From: Candidatus Zhuqueibacterota bacterium
Lineage (GTDB): Bacteria > Zhuqueibacterota > Zhuqueibacteria > Residuimicrobiales > Krinioviventaceae
Assembly: GCA_016929295.1 (NCBI GenBank)
Contig: JAFGJB010000198.1
Coordinates: 6,391-70,390, forward strand
Direction: 5' to 3'
Length of the DNA: 64,000 nt
The stretch's first letter is position 1; every line of letters begins with the position of its first letter. The notes beneath the pieces are model-generated. The model ran no database searches. It saw nothing but the letters and a program-made list of their open reading frames with translations, and was not told the origin of the DNA. Shown here one piece after another: positions 18,708-29,154 of this stretch. Position numbers and translations under genes: made by a program.

Positions 18708-18737
18708 ATAAAGAATTCAATTTGAAGAGTAAAATAG

Positions 18738-18765
18738 AAAAGGGCGGAAAATACCCGCCCTTTTT
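18738..18765 (+). terminator. Rho-independent terminator after dnaK
   Basis: Stem AAAAGGGCGG/CCGCCCTTTT with a 7-nt loop, flanked by A- and T-runs. Confidence 0.75.
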
Positions 18766-18790
18766 AAAATGTTACGGGTAGAATCAGATG

Positions 18791-18825
18791 AAAAGGCGAG
18801 ATTGACAAGTTGATCTCGCCTTTTT
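18791..18825 (+). terminator. Second terminator-like hairpin, 25 nt upstream of the clpB ATG
   Basis: 12-bp stem AAAAGGCGAGAT/ATCTCGCCTTTT, a 10-nt loop and a T5 tail. Its function (terminator, attenuator or other) is unresolved. Confidence 0.55.
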
Positions 18826-18850
18826 CGGATCTGGTCAGCAGGAGGTTCAG

Positions 18851-21454
18851 ATGTTGTCTTTTGACAAAATGACGATAAAATCACAGGAGGCGCTGCAAAA
18901 GGCGCAGCAGCTGGCATCGGATCATGGACATCAGCAGATCGAGCCGGTTCATTTGCTGGCGGGTCTGCTGGAGTCGCCGGAAAGCATCGCCCGTACAATA
19001 TTCAAAAAATCGGGCGTTGACCCCGAGATGATGAAATCACAAGCCCACAAGATGATCAATCGACTGCCAAAGATCAGCGGCGGCGTCGGACAGGTCTACC
19101 TTGACAACAAAACGAATGCCCTGCTCGATCAAGCTTTGAAAGAGGCGAACCATTTGCGCGATGAATTCGTCAGCGTCGAACACCTGCTTTTGGCATTATG
19201 TGAAGACAAGAGCGACGCCGGCGATGTGCTTCGCAGCAACGGCTTGTCGCGTGATGTTGTGCTGAAAGTATTAAAAGATTTGCGCGGCTCACAACGGGTG
19301 ACGGATCAAAGCCCGGAGGATAAGTATCAGGCCTTGAAACGCTATGCGCGCGATTTGAACGACCTGGCGCGACAAAACAAGCTCGATCCGGTGATCGGGC
19401 GGGATGATGAAATACGGCGAGTGCTGCAGGTCTTGTCGCGGCGGACAAAGAATAATCCGGTGCTCATCGGTGAACCCGGTGTCGGCAAAACGGCCATTGC
19501 CGAGGGTTTGGCGCACCGGATCATTCAGGGTGATGTGCCGGAAAATTTAAAGACAAAGAGGATAGTGGCATTGGATATGGGGCAGCTTGTGGCCGGCGCC
19601 AAGTACCGCGGTGAATTTGAAGAGCGCCTGAAAGCGGTGTTGAAAGAGATCGCTGAGGCCGATGGTCAGATCATCCTGTTCATAGATGAGATTCACACGC
19701 TCGTCGGCGCCGGCGCGGCGGAGGGCGCGATGGATGCATCCAATATGCTCAAACCCGCCCTGGCTCGCGGCGAATTGCGTTGTGTCGGCGCCACGACACT
19801 GGATGAATATCGCAAACACATAGAAAAGGACGCTGCGCTGGAGCGTCGTTTCCAGCAGGTGTATGTGAGACAACCATCGGTGCAGGATACCATATCGATT
19901 TTGCGCGGACTCAAGGAACGCTATGAAGTTCATCATGGCGTGCGCATACAGGATGCGGCCATCATCGCGGCCGCCACATTGAGTGATCGATATATCTCCG
20001 ATCGGTTTCTGCCGGACAAAGCGATCGATCTTGTGGATGAAGCTGCTTCAAAACTTCGAATTGAGATTGACAGCATGCCGGTTGAGCTTGATGAAGTTGA
20101 GCGAAAAATCAAGCAGCTTGAGATCGAACGGGAGGCGCTGAAAAAAGAAAAGGATCCCGCATCCAAGAAGCGGCTTGAAGAGTTAAAAATAGAGCTGGTC
20201 AACCTTGACGAGACACGCCGTGAGCTCTCCGCCCATTGGCAGTTGGAAAAGGAGAAAATCGCCGAAATTCGCTCCTTGAAAGAGCAGATAGAGCAAACCA
20301 GGACGCAGGCGGCGAGCGCCGAGCGCGATGGAGATCTGTCGCGCGCAGCCGAACTAAAGTATGGCCGCCTGAATGAGCTGCAAAAAAAACTGGATGCATG
20401 CAAGCAAAACCTGATTGCCATCCAGAAGGATCGGCAGATGCTCAAGGAAGAAGTCGATTCGGAAGATATTGCCGAAATCGTCGCCAAATGGACCGGAATT
20501 CCGGTGAGCAAGATGCTGGAGAGCGAAAAAGACAAGCTCGTGCACATGGAAGGGCGAATCCATCAACGTCTGGTGAATCAGAATGAAGCCGTGAGCGCCG
20601 TTGCCGACGCCATTCGCCGCTCGCGAGCCGGTTTGCAGGATGCCGCGCGGCCCATCGGATCTTTTATTTTTCTCGGCTCGACTGGTGTCGGCAAAACCGA
20701 GCTGGCGCGTGCCCTGGCGGAATTTTTATTCGATGATGAACACGCGCTGATCCGCCTCGATATGTCCGAATACATGGAGCGGCACGCCGTCTCCCGACTC
20801 ATCGGAGCGCCGCCCGGCTATGTTGGCTATGATGAGGGCGGCCAGCTGACAGAGGCGGTGCGACGGCGACCTTATTCGGTCATTCTGCTCGACGAAATTG
20901 AAAAAGCCCATCCCGATGTCTTTAATATCCTGTTGCAGGTTCTCGATGATGGTCGCCTGACAGATAACAAGGGGCGAACAGTGAATTTTAAAAATACGAT
21001 CATCATCATGACGTCGAACGTCGGCGCACAATTTATTATGGAGCGCTCGCAGCACATTGATGAACACAATCGCGAAGAAATTCACAGAGAAATCACCGAC
21101 AAGGTCTACGATTTGCTCAAACAGAGCATGCGACCGGAATTTTTGAATCGCATTGACGACATCATTGTCTTTCATGCGCTGAGCAGAGAGAATATCAGAG
21201 AGATCGTCGCATTGCAGATGCAGCAGATAGCAGGACTGCTCAAGGATAAAAATCTTTCCCTGGAACTGACTGACGAAGCTACTGAATTTTTAATTGAGCA
21301 TGGCTATGACCCGGCTTTTGGCGCCAGACCGCTCAAGAGACTCATTCAAAAAATGATTGTCAATCCTCTGGCCATCAAGCTGCTCGAGGGACAATACCAG
21401 GCGGGCGAAAAGATACGAATCGTCCGTAACGAAAAAAATCTTGATTTTCAGTAA
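18851..21454 (+). CDS. clpB: ATP-dependent disaggregase ClpB
   Basis: The N-terminal domain aligns with E. coli ClpB ([15 protein letters not shown]). Two AAA+ modules ([16 protein letters not shown]) and a long middle coiled coil. Confidence 0.97.
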   Translation: MLSFDKMTIKSQEALQKAQQLASDHGHQQIEPVHLLAGLLESPESIARTIFKKSGVDPEMMKSQAHKMINRLPKISGGVGQVYLDNKTNALLDQALKEANHLRDEFVSVEHLLLALCEDKSDAGDVLRSNGLSRDVVLKVLKDLRGSQRVTDQSPEDKYQALKRYARDLNDLARQNKLDPVIGRDDEIRRVLQVLSRRTKNNPVLIGEPGVGKTAIAEGLAHRIIQGDVPENLKTKRIVALDMGQLVAGAKYRGEFEERLKAVLKEIAEADGQIILFIDEIHTLVGAGAAEGAMDASNMLKPALARGELRCVGATTLDEYRKHIEKDAALERRFQQVYVRQPSVQDTISILRGLKERYEVHHGVRIQDAAIIAAATLSDRYISDRFLPDKAIDLVDEAASKLRIEIDSMPVELDEVERKIKQLEIEREALKKEKDPASKKRLEELKIELVNLDETRRELSAHWQLEKEKIAEIRSLKEQIEQTRTQAASAERDGDLSRAAELKYGRLNELQKKLDACKQNLIAIQKDRQMLKEEVDSEDIAEIVAKWTGIPVSKMLESEKDKLVHMEGRIHQRLVNQNEAVSAVADAIRRSRAGLQDAARPIGSFIFLGSTGVGKTELARALAEFLFDDEHALIRLDMSEYMERHAVSRLIGAPPGYVGYDEGGQLTEAVRRRPYSVILLDEIEKAHPDVFNILLQVLDDGRLTDNKGRTVNFKNTIIIMTSNVGAQFIMERSQHIDEHNREEIHREITDKVYDLLKQSMRPEFLNRIDDIIVFHALSRENIREIVALQMQQIAGLLKDKNLSLELTDEATEFLIEHGYDPAFGARPLKRLIQKMIVNPLAIKLLEGQYQAGEKIRIVRNEKNLDFQ

Positions 21455-21540
21455 AAAAAAAGATAGATTTTTTAATTCGACGGAACCAAAATTTGCATTC
21501 ATCGTTAAAGCCGTGAATTAAACTATCTGGAGGACAAAAG

Positions 21541-22050
21541 GTGATGAAAAACGGTGTGGTCATTATTGTGGCCTTACTCACGGTGATCATGATTGTCGCG
21601 TGCAGCCAAAAGATGACAGAAGAGCAAATGTATGCGCAGGTGCTCGATTTTCAGGATAAACAACAATGGGACGATGTGATTAAAATCTATGAAGAGCTGA
21701 TCAAGACCTATCCCAAGTCGGAGAAAGCGGATGAACACCTCTATAACCTGGGAATGGCATATGCGCACGACGTCAAGAAATTTCGCAAAGCGATCGAAAC
21801 ATGGCAAGATCTCATTGCCAAACATCCGGATAGCCGTCTGATTACAAATACAAAATTCATGATTGGTTACTGCTATGCCAATGATATCAAAGATTTGGAT
21901 AAAGCTCGCGAGGCCTATCAACAATTCCTCGATGAGTATCCGGAGCATGAACTCGCCGCGTCAGTCCAATGGGAACTGGAGCATTTGGGTCAGGATATCA
22001 GTGAAATAGATTTGCAGTTAGGTGAAGATGCTGAAGTAGTGGCAAACTAG
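21541..22050 (+). CDS. TPR-repeat lipoprotein (YbgF/BamD-like fold)
   Basis: Lipobox IVAC|S. Repeats of the type Y.lG.ay.....kA...f..li..yP.s. Confidence 0.55.
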   Translation: MMKNGVVIIVALLTVIMIVACSQKMTEEQMYAQVLDFQDKQQWDDVIKIYEELIKTYPKSEKADEHLYNLGMAYAHDVKKFRKAIETWQDLIAKHPDSRLITNTKFMIGYCYANDIKDLDKAREAYQQFLDEYPEHELAASVQWELEHLGQDISEIDLQLGEDAEVVAN

Positions 22051-22080
22051 TCTGTCTTTTCCTTGTCAAAATAAATTTTC

Positions 22081-22121
22081 AAAGCCGATAATGTGGCGTC
22101 AATGCATTTCATCGGCTTTTT
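22081..22121 (+). terminator. Probable rho-independent terminator
   Basis: Stem AAAGCCGAT/ATCGGCTTT with a rather long (21 nt) partly structured loop, then a T-run. Confidence 0.5.
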
Positions 22122-22171
22122 CATAATTGCCTTTCTGGTCAACAAAAGAGATGCGAGAGAGTGGGAGAAAA

Positions 22172-23095
22172 ATGAAGCTGATTACCTGGCGCAGTGTCAT
22201 CACTCTGTTCATTTTCTTCAACACCTGCACGGTCATTGCTCAGGATGCGGACAGTCTGGCGATGTCAGCCATTTCCTTGAACGCATTCGTTCGACAAAGT
22301 GAAGTGCCGCAAAACAGAACGGTCGAGTTGGTCATTCGTTTGCACTGGAGTGGCGATCTTGATCGCTATGAAGTGCATGCTTTTGATGACCCCATCCTGC
22401 AAAATCTGCAGATTCAGGGTTCGGGTTCGACGAATCGCGTTGCGAGTGAAAATGGCGTGACCAAGGCGATTCGCGAATACACGTTTACTTTCAAGCCGGA
22501 AGCGATCGGCATGGGGTACATCGAATCTTTCATCGTCAAGTATACCGATTTGTCCAGCGGTGTTGAGCATCGCCTGACGACCAATCGAATACCGGTCAAG
22601 GTGATCGATCCAATCCCTGATGCGGCCTCAAAAGCATGGATTGTCCCGGTGCTCATCGTTCTTGTCGCTGGCGGTGCGTTTCTTGTCGTGCAAAATGTGC
22701 GCAAGAAAAAAGCGGCGCGGCAAAAAAATCAAGTCGATTCAGCCGATGCGGTGGCAATGGAAGAAGAATATCTGCAGCTCTTACGGGAGAGTGTCGATTT
22801 AAATGAACCGACGTTGAACGGCGGCAAATCATTTTCTGACATTTCGAGATTACTGCGGCGGTTTCTGCACGAGCGCTTTGACGCGCCCGGACTGGAAGCG
22901 ACGACAACTCAAGTGATCGACTCTCTCTCTGATCGAAAATTGAATGATCGCGTTGTCAATGAGATCAAAGAAATCTTGACAAGCGCCGACATTAGCAAAT
23001 TTTCCGGCAAGGCGGTCGATCGTGCGAATCTGGAGCGCGCCTACACGATCGTGGAGTCGATCTTGCAGAAAAGCTTGCGCGGCGAAATTCTGTGA
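22172..23095 (+). CDS. BatD-like paralogue (exported beta-rich domain, one TM, cytoplasmic helical tail)
   Basis: Signal peptide VIA|QD and TM AWIVPVLIVLVAGGAFLVV. The C-terminal tail ends ILTSADISKFSGKAVDRANLERAYTIVESI, which aligns with the tails of the 26073 and 29917 products. Confidence 0.45.
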   Translation: MKLITWRSVITLFIFFNTCTVIAQDADSLAMSAISLNAFVRQSEVPQNRTVELVIRLHWSGDLDRYEVHAFDDPILQNLQIQGSGSTNRVASENGVTKAIREYTFTFKPEAIGMGYIESFIVKYTDLSSGVEHRLTTNRIPVKVIDPIPDAASKAWIVPVLIVLVAGGAFLVVQNVRKKKAARQKNQVDSADAVAMEEEYLQLLRESVDLNEPTLNGGKSFSDISRLLRRFLHERFDAPGLEATTTQVIDSLSDRKLNDRVVNEIKEILTSADISKFSGKAVDRANLERAYTIVESILQKSLRGEIL

Positions 23096-23140
23096 AAAAG
23101 AAAGATTATCTAACATCCCATTCTGGAGGATAGATTTTAT

Positions 23141-24130
23141 ATGAGCATCGACATTAGTGCCATCAGCGCGAAAATTGAAAAAGAGAGCGAGTTCATCGAA
23201 AAGATAACCAATCAAGTCAGCAAGGTGATTGTCGGGCAAAAATACATGATCGAACGGCTGCTCATCGGTTTGCTGTCCGACGGCCATGTCCTGTTGGAAG
23301 GGGTGCCCGGTCTGGCCAAGACGATGGCGGTGAAAACGCTTTCGGATACCATTAAAACGCAGTTTCAGCGCATCCAATTCACGCCCGATCTTCTGCCGGC
23401 GGATGTCATGGGTACCGTGATCTATGAACAAAAGACCGGCACTTTTTCGGTCAAGAAAGGGCCGGTATTTTCAAATCTCGTCCTGGCTGACGAAATCAAT
23501 CGATCGCCGGCAAAGGTGCAATCGGCGCTTCTCGAGGCCATGCAGGAACGACAGGTGACCATCGGCGACGAAACATTCAAACTGCCGGATCCCTTCCTGG
23601 TGCTGGCGACGCAAAATCCGATCGAACAGGAAGGAACCTACCCGCTGCCGGAGGCGCAAGTGGACAGATTCATGCTCAAGTTGTCGATCGGTTACCCCAA
23701 TCGGGAAGAGGAATTGGAAATAATGCGGCGAATGACCGCGCTGCAGACACCGACAGCCGAGGCAGTCGTCTCGCCGAAAGACATTGTCGCTGCAAAAAAA
23801 GTCGTGCATGAAGTTTATATCGATCCGAAAATTGAAAATTACATCATTGATATCGTCTTTGCGACGCGCCAGCCCAGGGAATTTGGGCTGGCTGAACTGG
23901 AAGAATTGATCGACTTTGGTGCATCGCCGCGTGCGTCGATCAACTTGAGCATGGCTGCGCGCGCGCACGCATTTTTACGACGCCGCGGATTTGTCACGCC
24001 CGAGGATGTCCGCGCCATCGGCATGGATGTCCTGCGTCATCGCATCATCGTCACCTACGAAGCCGAGGCGGAAGAGATTACGTCGGAAGAGGTCGTGCGC
24101 AAAATCTTGAATAAAATCGAGGTGCCCTGA
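23141..24130 (+). CDS. MoxR-family AAA+ ATPase
   Basis: HVLLEGVPGLAKT (Walker A), LVLADEINR (Walker B) and FLVLATQNP.EQEGTYPLPEAQ.DRF, typical of MoxR. Confidence 0.92.
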   Translation: MSIDISAISAKIEKESEFIEKITNQVSKVIVGQKYMIERLLIGLLSDGHVLLEGVPGLAKTMAVKTLSDTIKTQFQRIQFTPDLLPADVMGTVIYEQKTGTFSVKKGPVFSNLVLADEINRSPAKVQSALLEAMQERQVTIGDETFKLPDPFLVLATQNPIEQEGTYPLPEAQVDRFMLKLSIGYPNREEELEIMRRMTALQTPTAEAVVSPKDIVAAKKVVHEVYIDPKIENYIIDIVFATRQPREFGLAELEELIDFGASPRASINLSMAARAHAFLRRRGFVTPEDVRAIGMDVLRHRIIVTYEAEAEEITSEEVVRKILNKIEVP

Positions 24131-24202
24131 TTAAGGTTGCTCTGCCGGCTTTGCGAGAGCCGGTCATTGCGACTTTTGACGGTCGAAAATGCTGACAACT
24201 AT

Positions 24203-25081
24203 ATGATTCCCAAAGAGATATTAAAAAAGGTCAAACGCATCGAAATCACGACGCGCGGCCTGGTGAATGATGTTTTCTCCGGAGAATATCATTCTGTGTT
24301 CAAAGGACGCGGTATGGAATTTTCCCAGGTGCGCGAGTATCAGATCGGCGATGATATCCGAACCATCGACTGGAACGTGACCGCTCGCCAGGGCCATCCA
24401 TATGTGAAGGTGTTTGAAGAAGAGCGAGAATTAACTGTCATGCTGCTCGTCGATGTCAGCTCTTCCAGCGATTTTGGCACATTTCGGCAGATGAAGGGCG
24501 AGATTGCGGCGGAGATATGCGCACTCCTGGCTTTTTCAGCCATCAAAAACAATGACAAAGTCGGTTTGATTATTTTCTCCGATGGCGTGGAAAAATTTGT
24601 CGCGCCGAAAAAAGGCAAATCACATGTGCTGCGGGTGATTCGTGAGATACTCTATCATCAGCCGCAAGGCTCGCAGACCAATATTGGTGAGGCACTGGAG
24701 TTTTTATCGCGCGTGGTGCGCCGGCGCGCCGTTATTTTTCTGGTCTCTGACTTTATCAGCAGCGGTTATGAAAAGGCGCTGCAAATTGCCAACAAACGAC
24801 ATGATATTGTGTCGGTGACCATTACCGACCCGCGCGAAGTCGAATTGCCCAATGTCGGCTTTATTGAGCTGGAAGACGCGGAGACTGGCGAGACATTTCT
24901 TGTCGACACCTCGAGCCTTGACATTCGCCACGAGTTCGCCGCCACCACGAGTACGGCGATCGGCGAGCGCGAAAAACTATTTCGCTCTCTCAATGTTGAT
25001 TTCATCGACATTCGCACCGATCAATCGTATATTGAGCCGCTCATGCGCTTTTTTCGTATGCGCGCCAAGCGCTTTCGTTAA
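24203..25081 (+). CDS. DUF58 (VWA-like) protein, the usual MoxR partner
   Basis: GEYHSVFKGRGMEFSQVREYQIGDDIRTIDWNVTAR is the DUF58 hallmark. Confidence 0.88.
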   Translation: MIPKEILKKVKRIEITTRGLVNDVFSGEYHSVFKGRGMEFSQVREYQIGDDIRTIDWNVTARQGHPYVKVFEEERELTVMLLVDVSSSSDFGTFRQMKGEIAAEICALLAFSAIKNNDKVGLIIFSDGVEKFVAPKKGKSHVLRVIREILYHQPQGSQTNIGEALEFLSRVVRRRAVIFLVSDFISSGYEKALQIANKRHDIVSVTITDPREVELPNVGFIELEDAETGETFLVDTSSLDIRHEFAATTSTAIGEREKLFRSLNVDFIDIRTDQSYIEPLMRFFRMRAKRFR

Positions 25082-25105
25082 TCTATTTTACCGGAGGATG
25101 GCAGG

Positions 25106-26044
25106 ATGCAAACAAGATATGCAGCTTTGGCACTGGCGAGCGTTTTAATCCTGGTCGCTTTCGTGAGCTGTCAAAATAACAGCAAGACAGCAATCGATGG
25201 CGACAAGTTGCGCGAGTATGCTGGTGATCTCGTCAATCGTTCGTTGTTCGAGCGGGCGATCGAGGTCTATGAAGATTATTTGCGGGACTATAACGTCAAT
25301 GAAACAGAACAGGCAAACGTTAACTATATCATTGCTGATCTCTATTTTTCACGATTGAATGACTATGAATCCGCTCTTGCCTATTACCTCAAAGTCAAAC
25401 ATCTCTATCCGGAAAGCAGCCTTATTGATGAGACGAACAAGAAAATCGTCGCTTGTCTGGAGCGACTCGGCAGTTCGGCCGATGCGCAGCAGGCGGCAGC
25501 CGAGGCCGTACACCTGGATCCGTCGCAAGTGACAAAAAAACGTCCCGGCGTGGTTGTGGCCCGCATCGGCAAACGCGAGATCACTCAGGGTGACCTCGAT
25601 TTCGAAATCAGCAAGCTGCCACCGAGCGTGCGGGACCAGCTCAAAACAGCGGAACAAAAACTCATGTTCCTGCGTGAATTTGTGGCGACTGAGCTGTTGT
25701 TCGACACCGCGCAGCGCGCCGGTTTTGACAAGGACCCTGACGTCATTGAAGGCGCTTTCCAGGCGAAAAAGTCGTTGATGGTGCAGAAACTTTTAGCTGA
25801 CCGCATCGCATCACAAGCTCAAATGGATGAAACTGATCTGGAGCTCTACTATGAAGCGCATAAGGACGAGTTTGTCGAGAGAGACGCTAACGATACTATC
25901 ATCAGAGAGAAATCTCTCGCTGAAGCCCGTGAGGAAGTGGCGCAGCAATTGGCTCGAAAAAAATTTGCGGACTCCTATCAGGCCATGATCGAAAAGATGT
26001 TGCTGACCGAAGATGTACAATTCTATGAGACCCGGATTGAGTGA
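25106..26044 (+). CDS. Lipoprotein with a TPR-like N-part and a SurA-N/PpiD-like chaperone part (no parvulin domain seen)
   Basis: Lipobox FVSC|Q. The segment VARIGKREITQGDLDFEI...LREFVATELL resembles SurA_N-type chaperone regions. Confidence 0.4.
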   Translation: MQTRYAALALASVLILVAFVSCQNNSKTAIDGDKLREYAGDLVNRSLFERAIEVYEDYLRDYNVNETEQANVNYIIADLYFSRLNDYESALAYYLKVKHLYPESSLIDETNKKIVACLERLGSSADAQQAAAEAVHLDPSQVTKKRPGVVVARIGKREITQGDLDFEISKLPPSVRDQLKTAEQKLMFLREFVATELLFDTAQRAGFDKDPDVIEGAFQAKKSLMVQKLLADRIASQAQMDETDLELYYEAHKDEFVERDANDTIIREKSLAEAREEVAQQLARKKFADSYQAMIEKMLLTEDVQFYETRIE

Positions 26045-26072
26045 TTCCTTTGTGAGAAAAACTCTGAAATAG

Positions 26073-27095
26073 ATGTCAAGACGAATGAAATATATTCCGG
26101 TTGCTGTGGCGCTCTTTTCCTTGGCTGCGCTCGCTCAGGGAAATATCTCTGTCGATTCGCGCGTCGATCGCAACAAGATTCTCATCGGTGATGTCATAAA
26201 CTATTCGGTGATGGTCACTCGTGATGAAAATGTCGAGTGTCTCATGCCCTCGGCGGCCGAGAATCTTGGCATGTTTGAAATTCGCGACTATGAGATATTG
26301 GAAACCAGAATGGTTGATGGTCAGGCCGTCGAACAAATTGATTATGCTATCTCGACGTTCGATACGGGTGAGTATGTGATCCCGGAATTGGCAATAAATT
26401 ATCGCGTTCAGGGTGACAGCAGCTGGCAGACCATTGTGACGGAGCCGCATGAGATTATGGTCGAGAGTCTGAATCCCGATGAGGCGGGTGATATTCGCGA
26501 TATTAAACCACCCTTGACGCCGCCAAAAGATTATCGCCGGCTCATTTTATTCGCCCTTTCCGGCCTCCTTTTGCTGGCGGCTATCCTTTTTATCATCTAC
26601 TATCGCAAACGCACTCGCGAAGGCAAGTCTCTCATTCCCAGGCGCAGCAAGCCGCCGCGACCGGCACACGAGGTGGCGTTGGCGGCTCTGCAACGGCTGC
26701 AACAGAGCGATCTGCTGGCGACCGGCAAGATAAAGGAATACTATACCGAACTGGCCAATATCGTTCGCCAGTATATAGAGGGACGTTTTTATATTTTTGC
26801 GCGGGAAATGACAACCACGCAGCTCGTCAACACCATGCGCGAGCAGAGTTTGCCGGAAAAGGATGTCGAGAAGGTCAATGGTATCCTGGCAAAAAGCGAT
26901 CTGGTCAAATTTGCCAAGCTTGAGCCGTCGGCCGATGACAGCAGAGCCGCACTAGAGCTGGCCTTTGACTATATTGATGACACAAAACTTGTCTTCGATG
27001 ACGCCGAACAAGCGAGTGAGCAGTCCAAAGCCGATGACAGTCAAGGCGAGGAGGTCCCAGCGATCAAGATGAACGAGGAGAAAGAGGATGTTTAG
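26073..27095 (+). CDS. BatD-like/DUF4381-like paralogue (exported domain, TM, cytoplasmic helical tail)
   Basis: Signal peptide ALA|QG and TM LILFALSGLLLLAAILFIIYY. The tail includes ILAKSDLVKFAKLEPSADDSRAALELAFDYI. Confidence 0.5.
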   Translation: MSRRMKYIPVAVALFSLAALAQGNISVDSRVDRNKILIGDVINYSVMVTRDENVECLMPSAAENLGMFEIRDYEILETRMVDGQAVEQIDYAISTFDTGEYVIPELAINYRVQGDSSWQTIVTEPHEIMVESLNPDEAGDIRDIKPPLTPPKDYRRLILFALSGLLLLAAILFIIYYRKRTREGKSLIPRRSKPPRPAHEVALAALQRLQQSDLLATGKIKEYYTELANIVRQYIEGRFYIFAREMTTTQLVNTMREQSLPEKDVEKVNGILAKSDLVKFAKLEPSADDSRAALELAFDYIDDTKLVFDDAEQASEQSKADDSQGEEVPAIKMNEEKEDV

Positions 27096-28086
27096 GTTTG
27101 CCAATCCATATTTTCTTCTCCTTCTCCTGTTCATTCCGCTGATGATTTACTGGTACGTACGAAATCAGCGGACAAAAAGCTCGATGGCGACACTGCGATA
27201 CTCGAATCTCGGCATCATCAAGACCATGAAATCGTCAACCAAAAAGCAGTTACGCCACAGCCTGTTTGTCTTCAGAGTGCTTGCCGTCGGCCTGTTGATC
27301 GTCGCTTTTGCGCGTCCGCAATCGGGTCAAAAAGAGTCCGAAGTGCAGACTGAAGGGGTGGATATTATCCTGGCAATGGACATTTCCAGCAGTATGCTGG
27401 CAGAGGATTTCACCCCCAAGAATCGTCTGGCGGCCGCCAAGATGGTGGCAGCTGATTTTATTAAAGGCCGCATGAATGACCGAATAGGTCTGGTGGTATT
27501 TGCTGCGCACAGTTTCACGCAGTGCCCGCTCACGCTGGATTATGGCATTGTGCTGCGATTTTTGCAAGAGATCGAAATAGGCATGATTGATGACGGAACG
27601 GCTATCGGCATGGCCATCGGCAACTGTGTGAATAGACTCAAAGACAGCAAGGCGAAGAGCAAGGTTGTCATCTTGCTGACGGACGGCGTGAATAATCGCG
27701 GCGAGCTGGATCCAATCACCGCGGCCAAAGTCGCCAAAGCCTTTGATGTGAGAATTTACACGATCGGCGCCGGAAAGCGCGGCGATGCGTTGTATCCGAT
27801 CAATGATCCGATCTTTGGCAAGCGCTACCAACGGGTGCCGGTGCAAATTGATGAAGAGCTGCTCAAACAGGTCGCCGATATCACGGGAGCGCAATATTTT
27901 CGCGCCACGGACAAGACCAGCCTGGAGCAGATATACGCCGAAATCGGTGAGATGGAAAAGACAAAAATCGAGGTGAAAGAATATACGCGTTACAGCGAGC
28001 TGTTTTTGCCCTATACGTTGGCCGCTCTCATTTTCCTGGCGCTTGAAATTGTCCTGGCGAACACCCGATTTCGCAAGATACCATGA
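27088..28086 (+). CDS. batA: VWA-domain membrane protein BatA
   Basis: N-terminus MFRFANPYFLLLLLFIPL. VWA MIDAS (DISSSM) and a C-terminal TM. It occupies the first VWA position in the Bat locus. Confidence 0.85.
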   Translation: MFRFANPYFLLLLLFIPLMIYWYVRNQRTKSSMATLRYSNLGIIKTMKSSTKKQLRHSLFVFRVLAVGLLIVAFARPQSGQKESEVQTEGVDIILAMDISSSMLAEDFTPKNRLAAAKMVAADFIKGRMNDRIGLVVFAAHSFTQCPLTLDYGIVLRFLQEIEIGMIDDGTAIGMAIGNCVNRLKDSKAKSKVVILLTDGVNNRGELDPITAAKVAKAFDVRIYTIGAGKRGDALYPINDPIFGKRYQRVPVQIDEELLKQVADITGAQYFRATDKTSLEQIYAEIGEMEKTKIEVKEYTRYSELFLPYTLAALIFLALEIVLANTRFRKIP

Positions 28087-28107
28087 TTTAAAGGCAGGTT
28101 CTTTGCA

Positions 28108-29127
28108 ATGCTGCGATTTGCCAATTCATATTTACTCTATCTTTTGTGCGTGTTGCCTGCATTGATCGTCTTTTATGTGCTGGCATTCCGGTCCAAAAGG
28201 CGAGCCATGGAACGGTTCGGATCGTTAGAGCTGATGAAAAAACTCAGTCGCAATACGAGCCCGCGCCGCCAGGCGGCCAAGATAGCCCTCATCTTGATGG
28301 CGATTTTTGTCATCATCTTTGCCGTTGGTCGACCGCAAATCGGTACCAAAATTGAAGAGGTGAAGCGGGAAGGAGTTGATGTGCTCGTGGCGATCGACGT
28401 CTCCAAGTCAATGCTGGCGCGCGATGTCCCGCCGAGCCGACTCGACAAAGCCAAGCATGAAGTGGAGAGCTTTATCGCCCGTTTGCGCGGTGACCGTATA
28501 GGGCTCATAGCGTTCTCTGGCGTGGCTTTTGTCCAGTGTCCGCTCACACTTGACTATGGGGCGGCAAAAATATTTCTCGATATCATGACGCCGGATCTCA
28601 TTCCGGTGCCGGGAACAGCCCTGGGCCTCGCCATTCAGAAAGCGATTGAAACGTTCGATCAGCAGGAACGCAAGCATAAAGTGCTGGTGCTCATAACCGA
28701 TGGCGAAGATCATGGTGATGAAGTGATGAAATTTGCCGAGGAAGCTGAACGGCAAGGCATCGTCATATATACGGTCGGCGTCGGCTCGCCGCAGGGCGAA
28801 CCCATACCCGAGACAACGACCAGCGGTTTCAAGAAAGATCGTCAGGGAGAGGTCGTCATCAGCAAACTTGATGAATTCACCCTGGAAAAAATCGCCTTAC
28901 AGACAGGTGGCAAATATTTTAGAGCATCGGGCGGAGAGGAGGAATTGGACAAAATCTATGATGAAATTTCTCGCATGGAAAAAAAAGAGCTCGGTTCATT
29001 TCAGTTTTCGCAGTTTGAGGACCGGTTCCAGTATTTACTGATCGTCGCCTTGGTATTACTCGTTGTTGAATTCGTGTTCCCCGACCGCATCAAGGTGAAA
29101 CGGGAATGGCGCGGCCGTTTCATGTGA
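28108..29127 (+). CDS. batB: VWA-domain membrane protein BatB
   Basis: N-terminus MLRFANSYLLYLL. MIDAS DVSKSM and LITDGEDHG. It is the second VWA gene. Confidence 0.85.
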   Translation: MLRFANSYLLYLLCVLPALIVFYVLAFRSKRRAMERFGSLELMKKLSRNTSPRRQAAKIALILMAIFVIIFAVGRPQIGTKIEEVKREGVDVLVAIDVSKSMLARDVPPSRLDKAKHEVESFIARLRGDRIGLIAFSGVAFVQCPLTLDYGAAKIFLDIMTPDLIPVPGTALGLAIQKAIETFDQQERKHKVLVLITDGEDHGDEVMKFAEEAERQGIVIYTVGVGSPQGEPIPETTTSGFKKDRQGEVVISKLDEFTLEKIALQTGGKYFRASGGEEELDKIYDEISRMEKKELGSFQFSQFEDRFQYLLIVALVLLVVEFVFPDRIKVKREWRGRFM

Positions 29128-29154
29128 CCTTTATTCAGGATGATTTGAACTCTC

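Noticed and set aside
18802-18830. TTGACA in the loop of the second dnaK-clpB hairpin as a -35 for clpB
   Set aside because: The best -10 at 17 nt is TCGGAT (3 of 6 matches). The resulting leader would be too short to include the AGGAGG RBS comfortably.
21482-21497. A sigma-54-like GGAACC...TTGCA upstream of the 21541 TPR lipoprotein gene
   Set aside because: The GG-to-GC spacing is one nt too long, and the -24 element is GGAACC rather than TGGCAC. It is not comparable to the two exact matches.
24131-24202. The hairpin CCGGCT-TTGCGAG-AGCCGG between moxR and the DUF58 gene, and the TTG-start extension of the DUF58 ORF
   Set aside because: The stem is short (6 bp), has no T-run and lies inside a well-known operon junction. 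The DUF58 hallmark region begins after the ATG at 24203.
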